The notes beneath the pieces are model-generated. The model was not told the DNA's origin, made no database searches, and was given only the letters and a program-made list of their open reading frames with translations. Of a stretch of DNA of 64,000 nucleotides, positions 45,671 to 56,800 are shown one piece after another. Both the position numbers and the translations under genes were made by a program. Source of the stretch: Klebsormidium nitens. Lineage: Eukaryota > Plantae > Klebsormidiophyceae. Each line of letters begins with the position of its first letter. The stretch's first letter is position 1. The DNA is taken from positions 124,001-188,000 of the forward strand of contig DF237044.1 of NCBI GenBank assembly GCA_000708835.1, given 5' to 3'.

Positions 45671-48600
45671 CTAGTATTTAATGGGTCCTTTCAGGTTGCC
45701 TTCCGCAAACTGCAGAGAACCAGCGTACACGTCAGTTCTGACACCCCAAAATCACGATGTCCAATAACAATCGAAGCGTGCTGAAGTAACATCCTGGCGG
45801 CAAATTACTCGGATGTAAAAGTAGAAAACTAGAACCCTTATGCAGATCATTAGAAGCGGCTGTCAAATCACGTATTTCGATTGGCTAGCAAGTTCCGACG
45901 ACAAGTTTCAGGCGGTCAGTATGAGGGAGCGACGGCGACTACTGAAATGGCCAGCAAATAAACACAGAACTTGCGATGGACGCAAACCACTTTCTATCAC
46001 GGGAAAGAATGCTCTGAAATGTGAAGCCAAGGACAAAATAGTGGTATGTTCCAGGACCGGAAAAGACGCATACAGCTCGTTTTGGCGGTGCCTGCGGCGC
46101 TTACCTGTCTGACGATTGGCTCTTGCGAGGTGTCGAACTCCGAAGTGGTCCCCTCCCAAACGACCCTGCCTTCGTGGAGGAAAAGCAGCCTGGCAGACAG
46201 ACCAAGCAAAGTGATTTCGGGTTGTCAGGTAATCATAGTTTACGGACCACAAAACGGGATTGAACCCAAGGCACATGCGCGCTTGGAGTAAGACCTGTTG
46301 CTCGAACCCCGCTTTTGCTCGAACCCCACTCCCCGCAAAAAAGAACTTAATCAAAAGGTACAGAGCCCCGTAAGCTCTGAGAAAGTTCTTCTAACTTGCA
46401 GCGCGGACTTTTGTGTTTGCAGTCGAACTCTTGAAAAAACGTGGCGACGAGGAGGACAACTCACAACGATTTTCCTTTAGCTGCCTAGGAGCCTTCAAAG
46501 GTCCGTTCAAAAGCCTTGTAGAACCCTGCTTTTGCCACTCAACTTGGAGTGAGCCTCACAGACAGAGCTTTCAGTTGTTTCGTTTCCTGCATGTTTTTGC
46601 CACGTACAACAATGGTCGTAACAGTTACCTCGTTAAGAATGAAGTCGGTAGCACTGCCTGGCAAAGCAACAACAACAATCAGCTTCCTTCTTCCACAAAG
46701 TCTCTGCCCATCCTTACTTTTCCACACCTGTTTCAACCCTCGTCCCTTTCCGCTTCCCTCCATCGTCGCGTTTCTCGCAATCGTTCTCTGATAATTAAAC
46801 CTCTAGCTCGCAAAATCGTTGACACGCAATCGTCTTTCAGGCTTCGACTCTAACCCGCGTCATTTTTCGTGACCCACCTGTCAACCGTTCGACCCTAACC
46901 CGCGTCAGTTTCCGTGTGACCCTCCTGTCAACCGTTCGACTCTAACCCGCGTCGGTTTCCGTGACCCACCTGTCAACCGCGCGCCGGATCGTGCTGTGCT
47001 GGTGAGTCACCACGATGTAGCTCGCGATCGTTCCGGGCTCTTTCGTCGCCGGATTGATGCTCTTCACGTGCAGCGACCGGATCAAATCTTCCACGACCGT
47101 CGATGCGATCGGGTCCAATCCGGCCGTCGGTTCGTCGTACATGACCACCTCCCGGTCGTCCGATGAGCGCTCCTCCTGGGCGTCCGAGATGATGGCACGT
47201 GCCAGCGCCACGCGCTTCTTCATCCCGCCGGACAGCTCGCTCGGAAGCCGCTGCTCGACGTTCTGCAGAGGGGAAGGTCTGAAGATATGAAACCTGTTAT
47301 TGAAAACAAATCGAGGGTCTTGTAGTCCGGGCCTTGCAATCGCGGCTTGAGGATTTGGAGCTGACAACCTGAGAGTTCGTACGGATGGCTTCCTGAGTTG
47401 TGGGGTGTTGACATCAGGAACTTCCGAAGACAGGACGTCGGACTCGGCCGAAGCGTCTGGCAGACGGACGAAGAAACATCATCAGGAAGCTTCCGCTTTC
47501 AGGGGCATATATTCGCGACTCTGCAAAACAAAGACAGATCGGCCTTCTTGACCGTGTGATGCCCCCTGCTCCTAATAATGTACCAAAACGATATGTTTCC
47601 GAGTCGTCAAAAAGGACAATCGATTGAGCAGATTCGACCAGTTGCGAAATTGTTTGATCGATCCAACTCTGAATTCCGAATGAGCCGAGATATGCCCCCG
47701 AGCGGTCGTTTGACCCTCACAAGCTGCCGTTGGGGTGTCCGGAATTGAATCGAATTAAATTGGATTGAGTTGAATCCTAGTGCTGTCAAACGCTTATGAA
47801 ACCGATGCGACAAATCACTTTCCGAACGGAAAGCAGGTGATGTAGCTTTCGGTGATGTAGCTTTCCAGGGGAAAAGAATTACTTGATTTCTGGAATCATA
47901 TCATTTCCGAACAGTACTTCGCGAGCAGCTGTTCAGTAGCACCTGACAAATGTGACCTGACAAAAGGCAGCAACACAAATCTTTTTTTCTGTTGATCAAT
48001 CGTGTAATCAGTCGATAGCTCAAAGGTGATCTGAGAAGGGCGCTGAGTGACTCCCAACGCTCAGAAGAGTTGCAGAGCTCAAACTCGTGAATTCCATCAT
48101 GGAGGAAGAGAAGGGCGACAGCGACTTACATAAAGCCCCACTTGCATCAAGCTCTCAGTCACTCGCCTCTTTATCTCGTCCTCTGGAATATCGGAGTGCT
48201 CGTACCTGCGCAAAATCAGAGCAACAGCCAGACGACTCAAAGAAGCACACTGCATTCTTACGTTCTCTTTTCTTGGCGGTAGAAAGAACGGCGTCGGTTG
48301 AGACTAATAAGCAGCATACAAGAAAAGCTCAGGCTTGCCGATCAGATTGGAAATACCGGCTTCGAGGCACACTGGTTCATAAATCCTGATTGGAAAAGCA
48401 GTCGTCCTCGCAAATAAGTGAAATATGCACTGAGCCTGCACCACCGCACAAGGGGAACCCATGTTTTTTCCGCGGAGTGAGAAACTCACAGCATGAACCC
48501 CACGTTCTCTTGCACAGTGAGTGAATCGAACAGCGCCGCACTCTGGAACACCTGTAGCAGAGAGAAACGACGCGTCTGAGCTGATGCCGTCATGCTGATC

Positions 48601-50004
48601 GAATTAAGGGGTTCAATTAAATTCCATCTTGACAGAAGAAGGAGATCGTTCGGTTCTCAGCCCTGATCGCTGAATTGGCTACATCTTTGAAATAACCCCA
48701 GCTGTCTTGGGGTGGGACCTCAGTAAGATGATATCTGAGCGACACTCCCGTACATGAAAACAGGTGCCAATCATTGTCTGCCTCGCTGCCCAACCTTGCA
48801 CCCTATGACCTAGCGCAGAAAGGTCTTGAACACATTCTGAGCATGATTGCTCATGGTGTATGCTTTGGCCCCATCGTAAAGAGAGCCCCAATGTGCAACA
48901 AGGAAGGTCGTAACTTGAAAGACTCTGCTCAAAGCCAAACCTTGAGAAACTGTCCCGTTCAAGAACTGCTCACCATCCCAATTCGCAGCGGCGGATTGTC
49001 CTCGTCGCTGATCAGCCCTTCCCTCTTCTTGCCACAGACCCAGACCTCACCCTGTACAACAAAAGGACTTTTTCTGCAAATGTACTTACTGCTGTTAGAG
49101 TTCGTGCGTTTGCAATAATGGCAGACAATGATGGGAAAGACGAAAGATGAGTCACATTTCAAATGCAGGCGGCGCAGTTTATTGTGCTTAGACCCTGCAT
49201 GAAGGTACAAACTGGCTTGCTTTCGTCTTGCCCTGTGGTTGAGGTTTCTGGTATGTGAAAAGTCCCGTTAGATGAGCGTATCAGGGAGCTTAAACGGCAA
49301 CCCTCCTTCAGGTGTGCTTGCTCAATTGGCCCCCCGGCAAAAGAGTCGGTTGGAACATTCTTCCACTTGCGCCAAACCGTTATCCTGTATCTTTGAGAAA
49401 GGGCCTAATGCATACACCAGCAAGAACTGCAGAAAGGCAGATGACGCACCTTGTCTGGTTCCAGAAGACCCGCCATGATTCTCAGAATGGTCGATTTTCC
49501 TGTCCCCGAAGGCCCAATGATCCCCACCGCCTCCCCATGCCTGATCTTGAAGCTAGCGCCACGCAGAATGTGCTTATCTCCAAACGACTTGTACACGTCT
49601 TTGCACTCAATCAGCACCTCTCCGTTTTCCTCTACGTCTTCCATTCGTTCGGGGCTGGCCGGGGCCGCTACAAATGCGCTGCATCTAGTTCTCCTGGCTT
49701 GCCGACTCCTTCCATCCTGTTGTTCCCTTGCTCCGCCAAACTCACACCTCGCATTCCAAAATGCTGATGCCACTGCTTCAGATGCATTCCTTCTTTGTGA
49801 GGGGCTTGTTTCATGCTTTGCTTCGAGGGGGGTGCTTGCATGCACAGACTCTGGTCTGCACTGGCAGAGTTGATTTTGGGACGGCCAAACAAGGGGCAGA
49901 GGTTGCAAATGAGCTCCAAAAAGCGTACCTTGGTGAAAGGATCGACAAGTTGCTATTGAGGGTTGAAAAACCGCCCCCAATTGTAGCATGGGAGTCGCAA
50001 GCAT
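45671..50004 (-). CDS. TGD3: Plastid lipid-import ABC ATPase TGD3 (ABCI13, MlaF-like), 395 aa
   Basis: Exons 50004-49450, 49051-48974, 48551-48490, 48205-48130, 47262-46970, 46189-46105, 45709-45671, all phases consistent. Walker [10 protein letters not shown]-loop [11 protein letters not shown], signature LSGGMKKR, Walker [15 protein letters not shown]-loop VTHQ, C-terminal GPIKY. Confidence 0.93.
46843..46979 (-). repeat. Three near-identical 45-47 bp tandem units spanning the TGD3 exon-5 donor
   Basis: Units 46843-46887, 46888-46934 and 46935-46979. Each contains, on the minus strand, cggttgacag|g(t/a)ggg. Confidence 0.9.
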
Positions 50005-50420
50005 CTTGCCGCAAGCCAGAAACTAGATAGAACTGCGGTTCAGCTGCTTCTTGTCCCGTCAATGCAATGCGCAAATCAGAGAGGGAGAGCCTTTTTGGCA
50101 CTAGCACCTCGCTTTCAAACCAGCAACCTTCGATACAAGGAATGGCAGCAAAAGTTTCCAATGGCAAAAGAGGTGGGGGTCTTGCGCTGCGGCCGAAGAA
50201 TGGAAACCCTAGATTCGCTCCGAGTCCTGAGCCATGTCAGTGTCACATTGTCAATATGTCAATGTGAATGTCATGAGCATGATGAGCAGGAATGAATGTT
50301 AATGCTGATCGAGGAAGTCAAGCCAAGACATATATGTATTCACACTCTGCAGGGTTCAGTCAACAACGTTTGCGAGAGTCAACCCGAGCTTTCAACTTGG
50401 CATGTCGAGTCTGAAGCCTT

Positions 50421-50517
50421 CTATTACTATTAGTATCATCCTATTACAATTAGTATCATCCTATTACTATTTTTATAGGATGATCTATTAGTATCATCCT
50501 ATTACTATTAGGATCAT
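50421..50517. repeat. AT-rich 20-bp tandem repeat with one inverted sub-unit
   Basis: ctattac(t/a)attagtatcatc units; atcatcctat (50455-50464) is the reverse complement of ataggatgat (50475-50484). Confidence 0.8.
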
Positions 50518-50812
50518 GTGTCGATGGTTCATAGTCTCCATATTTCCCTCTGGTACAAGAAACGGCAAAATCAGGCAGGCCCTGGGCACGGCCCGTGAAA
50601 GTGTGAAACTTTTAGGGCAGCTTTTAGACGGTCAAGCATCCGCCACGTTTAGACAAAGGCAAACTCTGCAGAGAGACCTTCTTTCATTGCAACTTGCAAG
50701 CTGAGAAATGGTGCTTGCAAGTAAACAGCCGCATGCTTGTTTTTCTTGCGTTTAGCCACTGTTGCCAGTTTAAACCCTGGCTTCGTGGACCACCACAGCC
50801 CTGCGCGCACGA

Positions 50813-53800
50813 ATGCTCGCCTGCTCTCTGCCAAACGCATTGGCACACAGGTGTTCCGCCTTCAGCGGTAGCAGCAAAACAGGCAAAATTCTGATCAGAA
50901 CCGCTCCTCACGCTACCACATTGCAGGCACCGCTCTGCAAAATCCACTCTTCTAGTGCAGCAAACGCTCTTTGCAAAGCGACCACCATTTTGGGTTTGCC
51001 GCTGAGATCCTGTGCTAACTTAGCAAGTAGCCCTAGCTTCAGGTATCGCTCTGCCTTTTCTGCGCAAATCGAAACCCTCTGTCCTGTTGAAACCGGCGGG
51101 TTAGCTTCCAAACCTCAGGGTTTCGTGTCCAAATCAGTTGGAAGTCCATCTGAAATGGCCTCCAAGCGAAAGGCCCCCTCGCGCGGCGCAGAGGGTGCGG
51201 ACGTCAAAGAACTCCTCGAGAAAGCTGTCAAGAAGGGCAAAAATGCAGCTGGAAAAGCCGTAGAGTCGACAGCGGGCGCCGTGAAAGACGCGGCGGGGGG
51301 CGCCGCGAAAGCGGTCAAGAAGGCCACCGAGAAAGTGGCGGAGGTGCCAAAAGCAGCTGCGAAAGCTGTCTTACCGTCCAGCGCAAAGGACGAAGGAGCG
51401 GGGCCTTCGTCGAAGACACCTCCGCTGTCGAGATTACCCGCTGACCTCAACAAGTTGGTTGACCCGAAGCGGGTTATGACGCTACGGGAGGGAGAAGTCA
51501 CGGGGACTGGGCCTGTGTTGTATTGGATGTCAAGAGACCAGCGGTCAGCGGACAACTGGGCTCTGTTATATGCAATCGAGCAAGCGCACAAGCAGGGTTC
51601 GTCGGTCGCGGTTATCTTTAACCTGGTCCCAAGATTCCTGCACGCGGGAGCACGGCATTTCGGGTTTATGCTGAGGGGGCTGCGGGTTATGGAGAAGAAC
51701 CTGAAAGAGAAGGACATTCCGTTCTTCATTGTCCAGGTGAGACTGGTAGATATTGAGTCCTTCTATGCAGGCACCCCCTGCTTTTACAAGCAGACAAGCA
51801 GATTGTGTCATGGCCTCCTTGTTGTTTCTCACCGATTGCCAACTTGAAACAGGGCACAGAGCTCACCCTTTGTTACCATGACGTTTGCACACACACTTGT
51901 TGGTTGATTGCCTCATTAGTACTGAAACTCAGGCGTATCCTCACGGCATCGCCAGAAGAAGCCTTCGCAAGACCGGACCTCAGAGAAGAGAAATAAACAG
52001 GTACATGTGAGAGTTTCTTATTCCATTCTGTAAAGAGCTACACCTCACTGGCCCGCTTGTCAAGACCACTGTTTTCAACTCTCTCCCCACTCTGCCTGGA
52101 ATCGTCATCGGCTCCGACCTCTATAAGCAATTGAAACGTCCTCACTTGATTAAACCCTTCATTCTGATGATGATTCCTCTTTCGATAGGGAGAGCCCGTT
52201 GACACTATTGTCCAGTTCGTTGCCAAAGTGGGCACCTCGCTCCTAGTTACCGACTTCTCGCCTCTCCGGATCGCGCGGGAATGGAAGGGGGGTGTGTGCA
52301 GCTTGGTAAACATCCCCGTGCACCAAGTGGATGCGCACAACGTGGTGCCCACGTGGGTGTGTTCGGACAAGCAAGAGTGAGTGATGAAAGCTGTCCGAAC
52401 TCGTCAATCTCGGACTGCGGCATGGAAGAATGTTGAGGTCGTTCCAGGGAGTGTTGCGACCGAGTCTGAGGGCGTATGCTCCTGGAAATAAGTTGGATTC
52501 CGAGAGTTCTGGCAACCCATGCGGACTCTTTTCAAATAGGGTGGCTACGTGTATATTTGAAGGTTTGTCCGAAACTATGTCTTGGGAGTGTCAAAGGTTC
52601 CTTCAAGTGCGTCCATTGACGTACTTGTGCTTCAGGGCTGTCTCCAACCAATTCTGTTGCTGCAAATCGTTGAAAACGTATTAAGGGACCATTTCCTTGC
52701 AGGTAAGATGCGTGTACGACGTAGGATTCCATACCAAGATGCACCACCAATTGCCGGAGTTCCTGGTAGAATACGCCCATTTAACTTTCCAACAACCCCA
52801 ACAAGGGGAAACTCGAGCTGCCTTCTTATATCATTTCGAGCGTTCGATTTTTTTGGGTACAGTGCGCGTACAATCTGGACCAAGGTCCACCGCAACCTGC
52901 CAGAGTTTTCGGTATAGTATTCCGGATTTATCATTCAAGCCGGATTTATCATTCAAGCCCAACAAACGAACCCTCGAGCCGCCCGCTTGTAACAATTCAG
53001 CGCCCACATTTTGTCGGTATGGTGCGTGAACAATCCGGACCAAGGTCCACCGCAACCTTCCCGAGTTTCTGGTAGAGTACCCCGACTTTACCAAATAACC
53101 CCAACAAACAAACCCTTTAGCCGCCCGCTTATATCGTTTCGGGCGCCCAAATGTCGCAGGTACGGTGCCCGCACAATCCGGAACAAGGTCCACCGCAACC
53201 GCCTAGCAGAGTACCCCGGGTTTACCAAATAACCCCAACAAAGGAGACACTCGAGCCGCCCACTTATAACGATTCGAGCGTCCGACTTTCGTAGGTACGG
53301 TGCGCGAACCATCCGGACCAAGGTCCACCGCAACCTGCCGGAGTTCCTAGTAGAGTATCCCGAGCTGCCTTCCAACCCCAACAAGTGGGCTCTCGAGCCG
53401 CCCGCGCCGATCGACTGGGAGGCGTTGCTGAAGATCGTCCTGTCCAACAAGGCGGTACGTCAGGATCTTAAGACGGTTATTGCAATGGTCACTTGCGCAG
53501 AAATCCAGGGTCAGGCGAAAAGTAGCGGAGGGGGCGGCCTGCGTTTCTGTTATTCTCCAGATGTTTGTGCCTTCACGTGACTTGCTGTTTGTGCTTTGTC
53601 CAGTGGCGGAAAAGTGATGAATTGCAAGCCAAGACAAGGAAAAGATCCCGTCGTGCAGCACAAGGTGGTTCTATCTTGCGCTTGTGTTGCTGCCCGGCAT
53701 CTTGACTCTTGCGCGTGTGTTGCTGCCCGGCATCTTGACACGACGTTTTGTTATACACGACAACATTAACGAGCCCACAACATCCGAGATTTGGTGGTAG

Positions 53801-56800
53801 GACCCGTGTCTGTTTTCTAGTAAACCCGTTGGCACGTATGGTAGCAAACTCAATCTACGGTCAATGAGTTCCTCCAAGGGTGGAGGCGTACTTGTTTTAA
53901 AAGTGTTCCTTTTCCACGTCCTCTCTGTAAAAGGAAGTCGAGCCAATACTTTTGCATTTGCGTTGTAGTTTCCCGTCGAAGGCGTCCAGAAACCGTAGTC
54001 ACGGATATGCTTTGTCAGGCCGAATCGTTGCGACTTCCACCGTTCAGTCTCCATTTGTCTCCGCCCCCCGTTCTTATAAGCAGCGGCCGGACATCGACTG
54101 GGCGTTTTCAAGGAAGACGCTGGCATGGAGCGACTCCTGAAGGGCTTCCTCGACGACCAACTACTTTCTTTCATCATATATTCCCTTGCTTCTTATATAA
54201 GCGGGCGCTGGAGATCAACTGGGCGATACCGGGGAGGACGCCGGCATGGAGTGGCTCCTGAAGCTCTATATCGTTGGATTTATCCTGAATTTTCTTTATA
54301 TTTTTCTTTCCGCTTGTCAAATCTCATAATTCGAATATATCCCCTTCCTCTTATCGTAAGCAGGTGCCAAAGATTGACTGGGCAATACGCGGGGAGGACG
54401 CCGGGATGGAGAGGCTCCTGAAGCTCTATTTCATTGCAATTCTCCTGGATTTCCTCTTTTTCTCCGCTTGTCCAATTTCTTAATTCAAATATCCCTTTTT
54501 CTTTCATCATAAGCAGGTGCCAGAGATCGACTGGGCGGTGCGCGGAGAAGATGCCGGCATGGAGTGGCTCCTCAAATCCATTCTCGTTGGATTTTTTTAG
54601 TATTTCTTCCGCTTGTCAATATCAAGAATCCGAATACATCCTTTCCCCTTTTGTTATAAGCAGGTGCCGGAGATTGACTGGGCGGTGCCTGGAGAGGACG
54701 CCGGGATGGAGTGGCTCCTAAAGCGCTTCCTCGGAAAAGGGATTGCCAAATACGACGCTGACCGGAACGACCCGACGATCCCCACCGGAGTCTCAGGGAT
54801 GTCCCCTTACTTGCACTACGGCAACGTCGCGGCGCAGGCAAGCAACCGCAGATGCCGAGATCAAAGTCCCCTTTACGTTTGTTTGACTTCATCTTTTTAC
54901 TGTTGCCGTTCAACCTAGTCGGCGTCGTATGTTGAGTACCTCTTGGTATTTTGTGTCGATGGAGTGCGTGTCTGCTTCGGCTTTGGTTTGGTTTCTGACT
55001 GCCTTCCATGGATCAGAGATCTGTTGAGATTCGAGTTTGAAAAACCGATGAAGTTAAAGAATAGATTTCGATACTTTCGGTGTAAACAGGCTTCGATACG
55101 ATTTGTAGGAACGGGCACTCGCAATACGCTTGTTCCTCAGTATTACTCGCTTCTTCCAATCCTCACTTCAGGGTTGACACCTTGATAGCAGAGAAGTGCG
55201 TCAACTTTTGTATGTGGGAGAGCACACAGAATTTCTTTATTTTCCTTCTAACTACCGGCATCTTCAGTCCCCAATGCACATCAGAAACTCAAACATCGAT
55301 ATAGACTGGGGTGCGGGACTCTCAACAGTAGAGAGAGCTCTCCTTTTTTTTCCTTTCTCGACCTTTTTCAGATCTTGCACAAGTCTCAGACCTTGTTCAC
55401 TCCAGGAGTTTGCATTCTTCAAGAACTCCCAAAGATGGAAAGTCGACGAGTCCGCAAGACGGGCCATTGCACTTAACCAGATCTGAACAGCGGCGGGGTT
55501 CATCGCTTGCGTTAAGAAAAAGAATTTCTCCTAGCAAAGTAGGCAGCAATCCTTTCCAGGGCTGTTTTACAGGTCCACGCGACTTGCCCAGAGGACGTTG
55601 CTTTGTGTATTATTAGTCTGTGATATTTTCCTGTGTTATTGATTAACGGTTATCAATCTGTTAACAATCTGCTTGATTTGTGCAGCGAGCGGCACTCGAG
55701 GCGCGCAAGTACCGTAAGAGCCACCCGAAGGCGGTGGACGCTTTCCTGGAGGAGCTGATCGTTCGACGGGAGCTGTCGGACAACTACTGCTACTACCAGC
55801 CCAACTACGACAACGTGAGCCGCCGGAATCTTCCAGCTTATGTTCCATGACCGTTCCCCATCACTTGGAGTTCAATACATCCAAGCTCCGCGGTTGTGAT
55901 CCGTGAGTTTGCGATAGGGAAGACGGGGAGCAGTCCCTTTGCTTTATCAGCTAATCGACAACGACAAATGATGCGCTCCGACTCTTGCCACCTATAAAGC
56001 TCCTACTTAACCCCACCTTTTCTTCTGGCCATAACCTTCTGCTGCCTTGATCTGGCCCAACGGAAGTTAGGTATACTCACGTCACCCTCCCTCTCCAGAT
56101 CTGCAAAACCGCGTCTCTGCGCCAAGGGGGACGCTGTAGAATTGTTTTGGAGCGACTTGACGTCTTTGCACAAGTACGCCGATGACTCCATGCTGACGTC
56201 ACCCCATTTTCTCGCATTCGCAAGGCGCGTTCATCTGTGCGCAGGAGATACTTCAGGTTCCCGAACTGAATCATGTTACATGACTTCAAAAGTCCGCTGA
56301 TGGAGCTACGCTGACGCCACCCTGTCTCCTCGCAGCTGCTCGGTTCGTTCTTGTGGGAGGGGAAGTCGCTGCAAAGAGCTCGCCGAGCAGATTGCACCCA
56401 GAACACTGTATGACGTCAGCGCAGACGTCGGGTTTGCCTGCGCCACCATGCTGACGTCACTCTGTATTATCGCAGCTGTGATGCGCGTTCCCATGGGCGC
56501 AGGAGCCAACCCGGAGAATTCGTGGAAGCAGATGTTTCGGGGAACCACGTGACGTCATTGCAGGCGTCTGCCGCTGATATGTTGACGTCACCCTGTTTCC
56601 CCGCAGCTGCAAGGCGCGTTCCTGTAGGCGCGGGAGAAGCTGCAGGGGCTCTGCAGAGCGTAGTGAACGTGACGTCATTTCAGCTGTCCGCCGATGGAAG
56701 TATGCTGACGTCTCTCCATCTTCTCGAAGCTTGCATTCGACAGCACCACGCTGACGTCACCTCGTCTCCCCGCAGCTGCAAGGCGCGTTCCCGTGGGCGC

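Noticed and set aside
46848-46950. Interstitial telomere from (c/t)ctaaccc
   Set aside because: There is only one heptamer per 46-bp unit, not a tandem telomeric tract.
47740-47870. AATTG-like pentamer run (about 47742-47775) and a 15-bp duplication ggtgatgtagctttc (47837-47866)
   Set aside because: These are ordinary short intronic slippage repeats with no exon-derived sequence.
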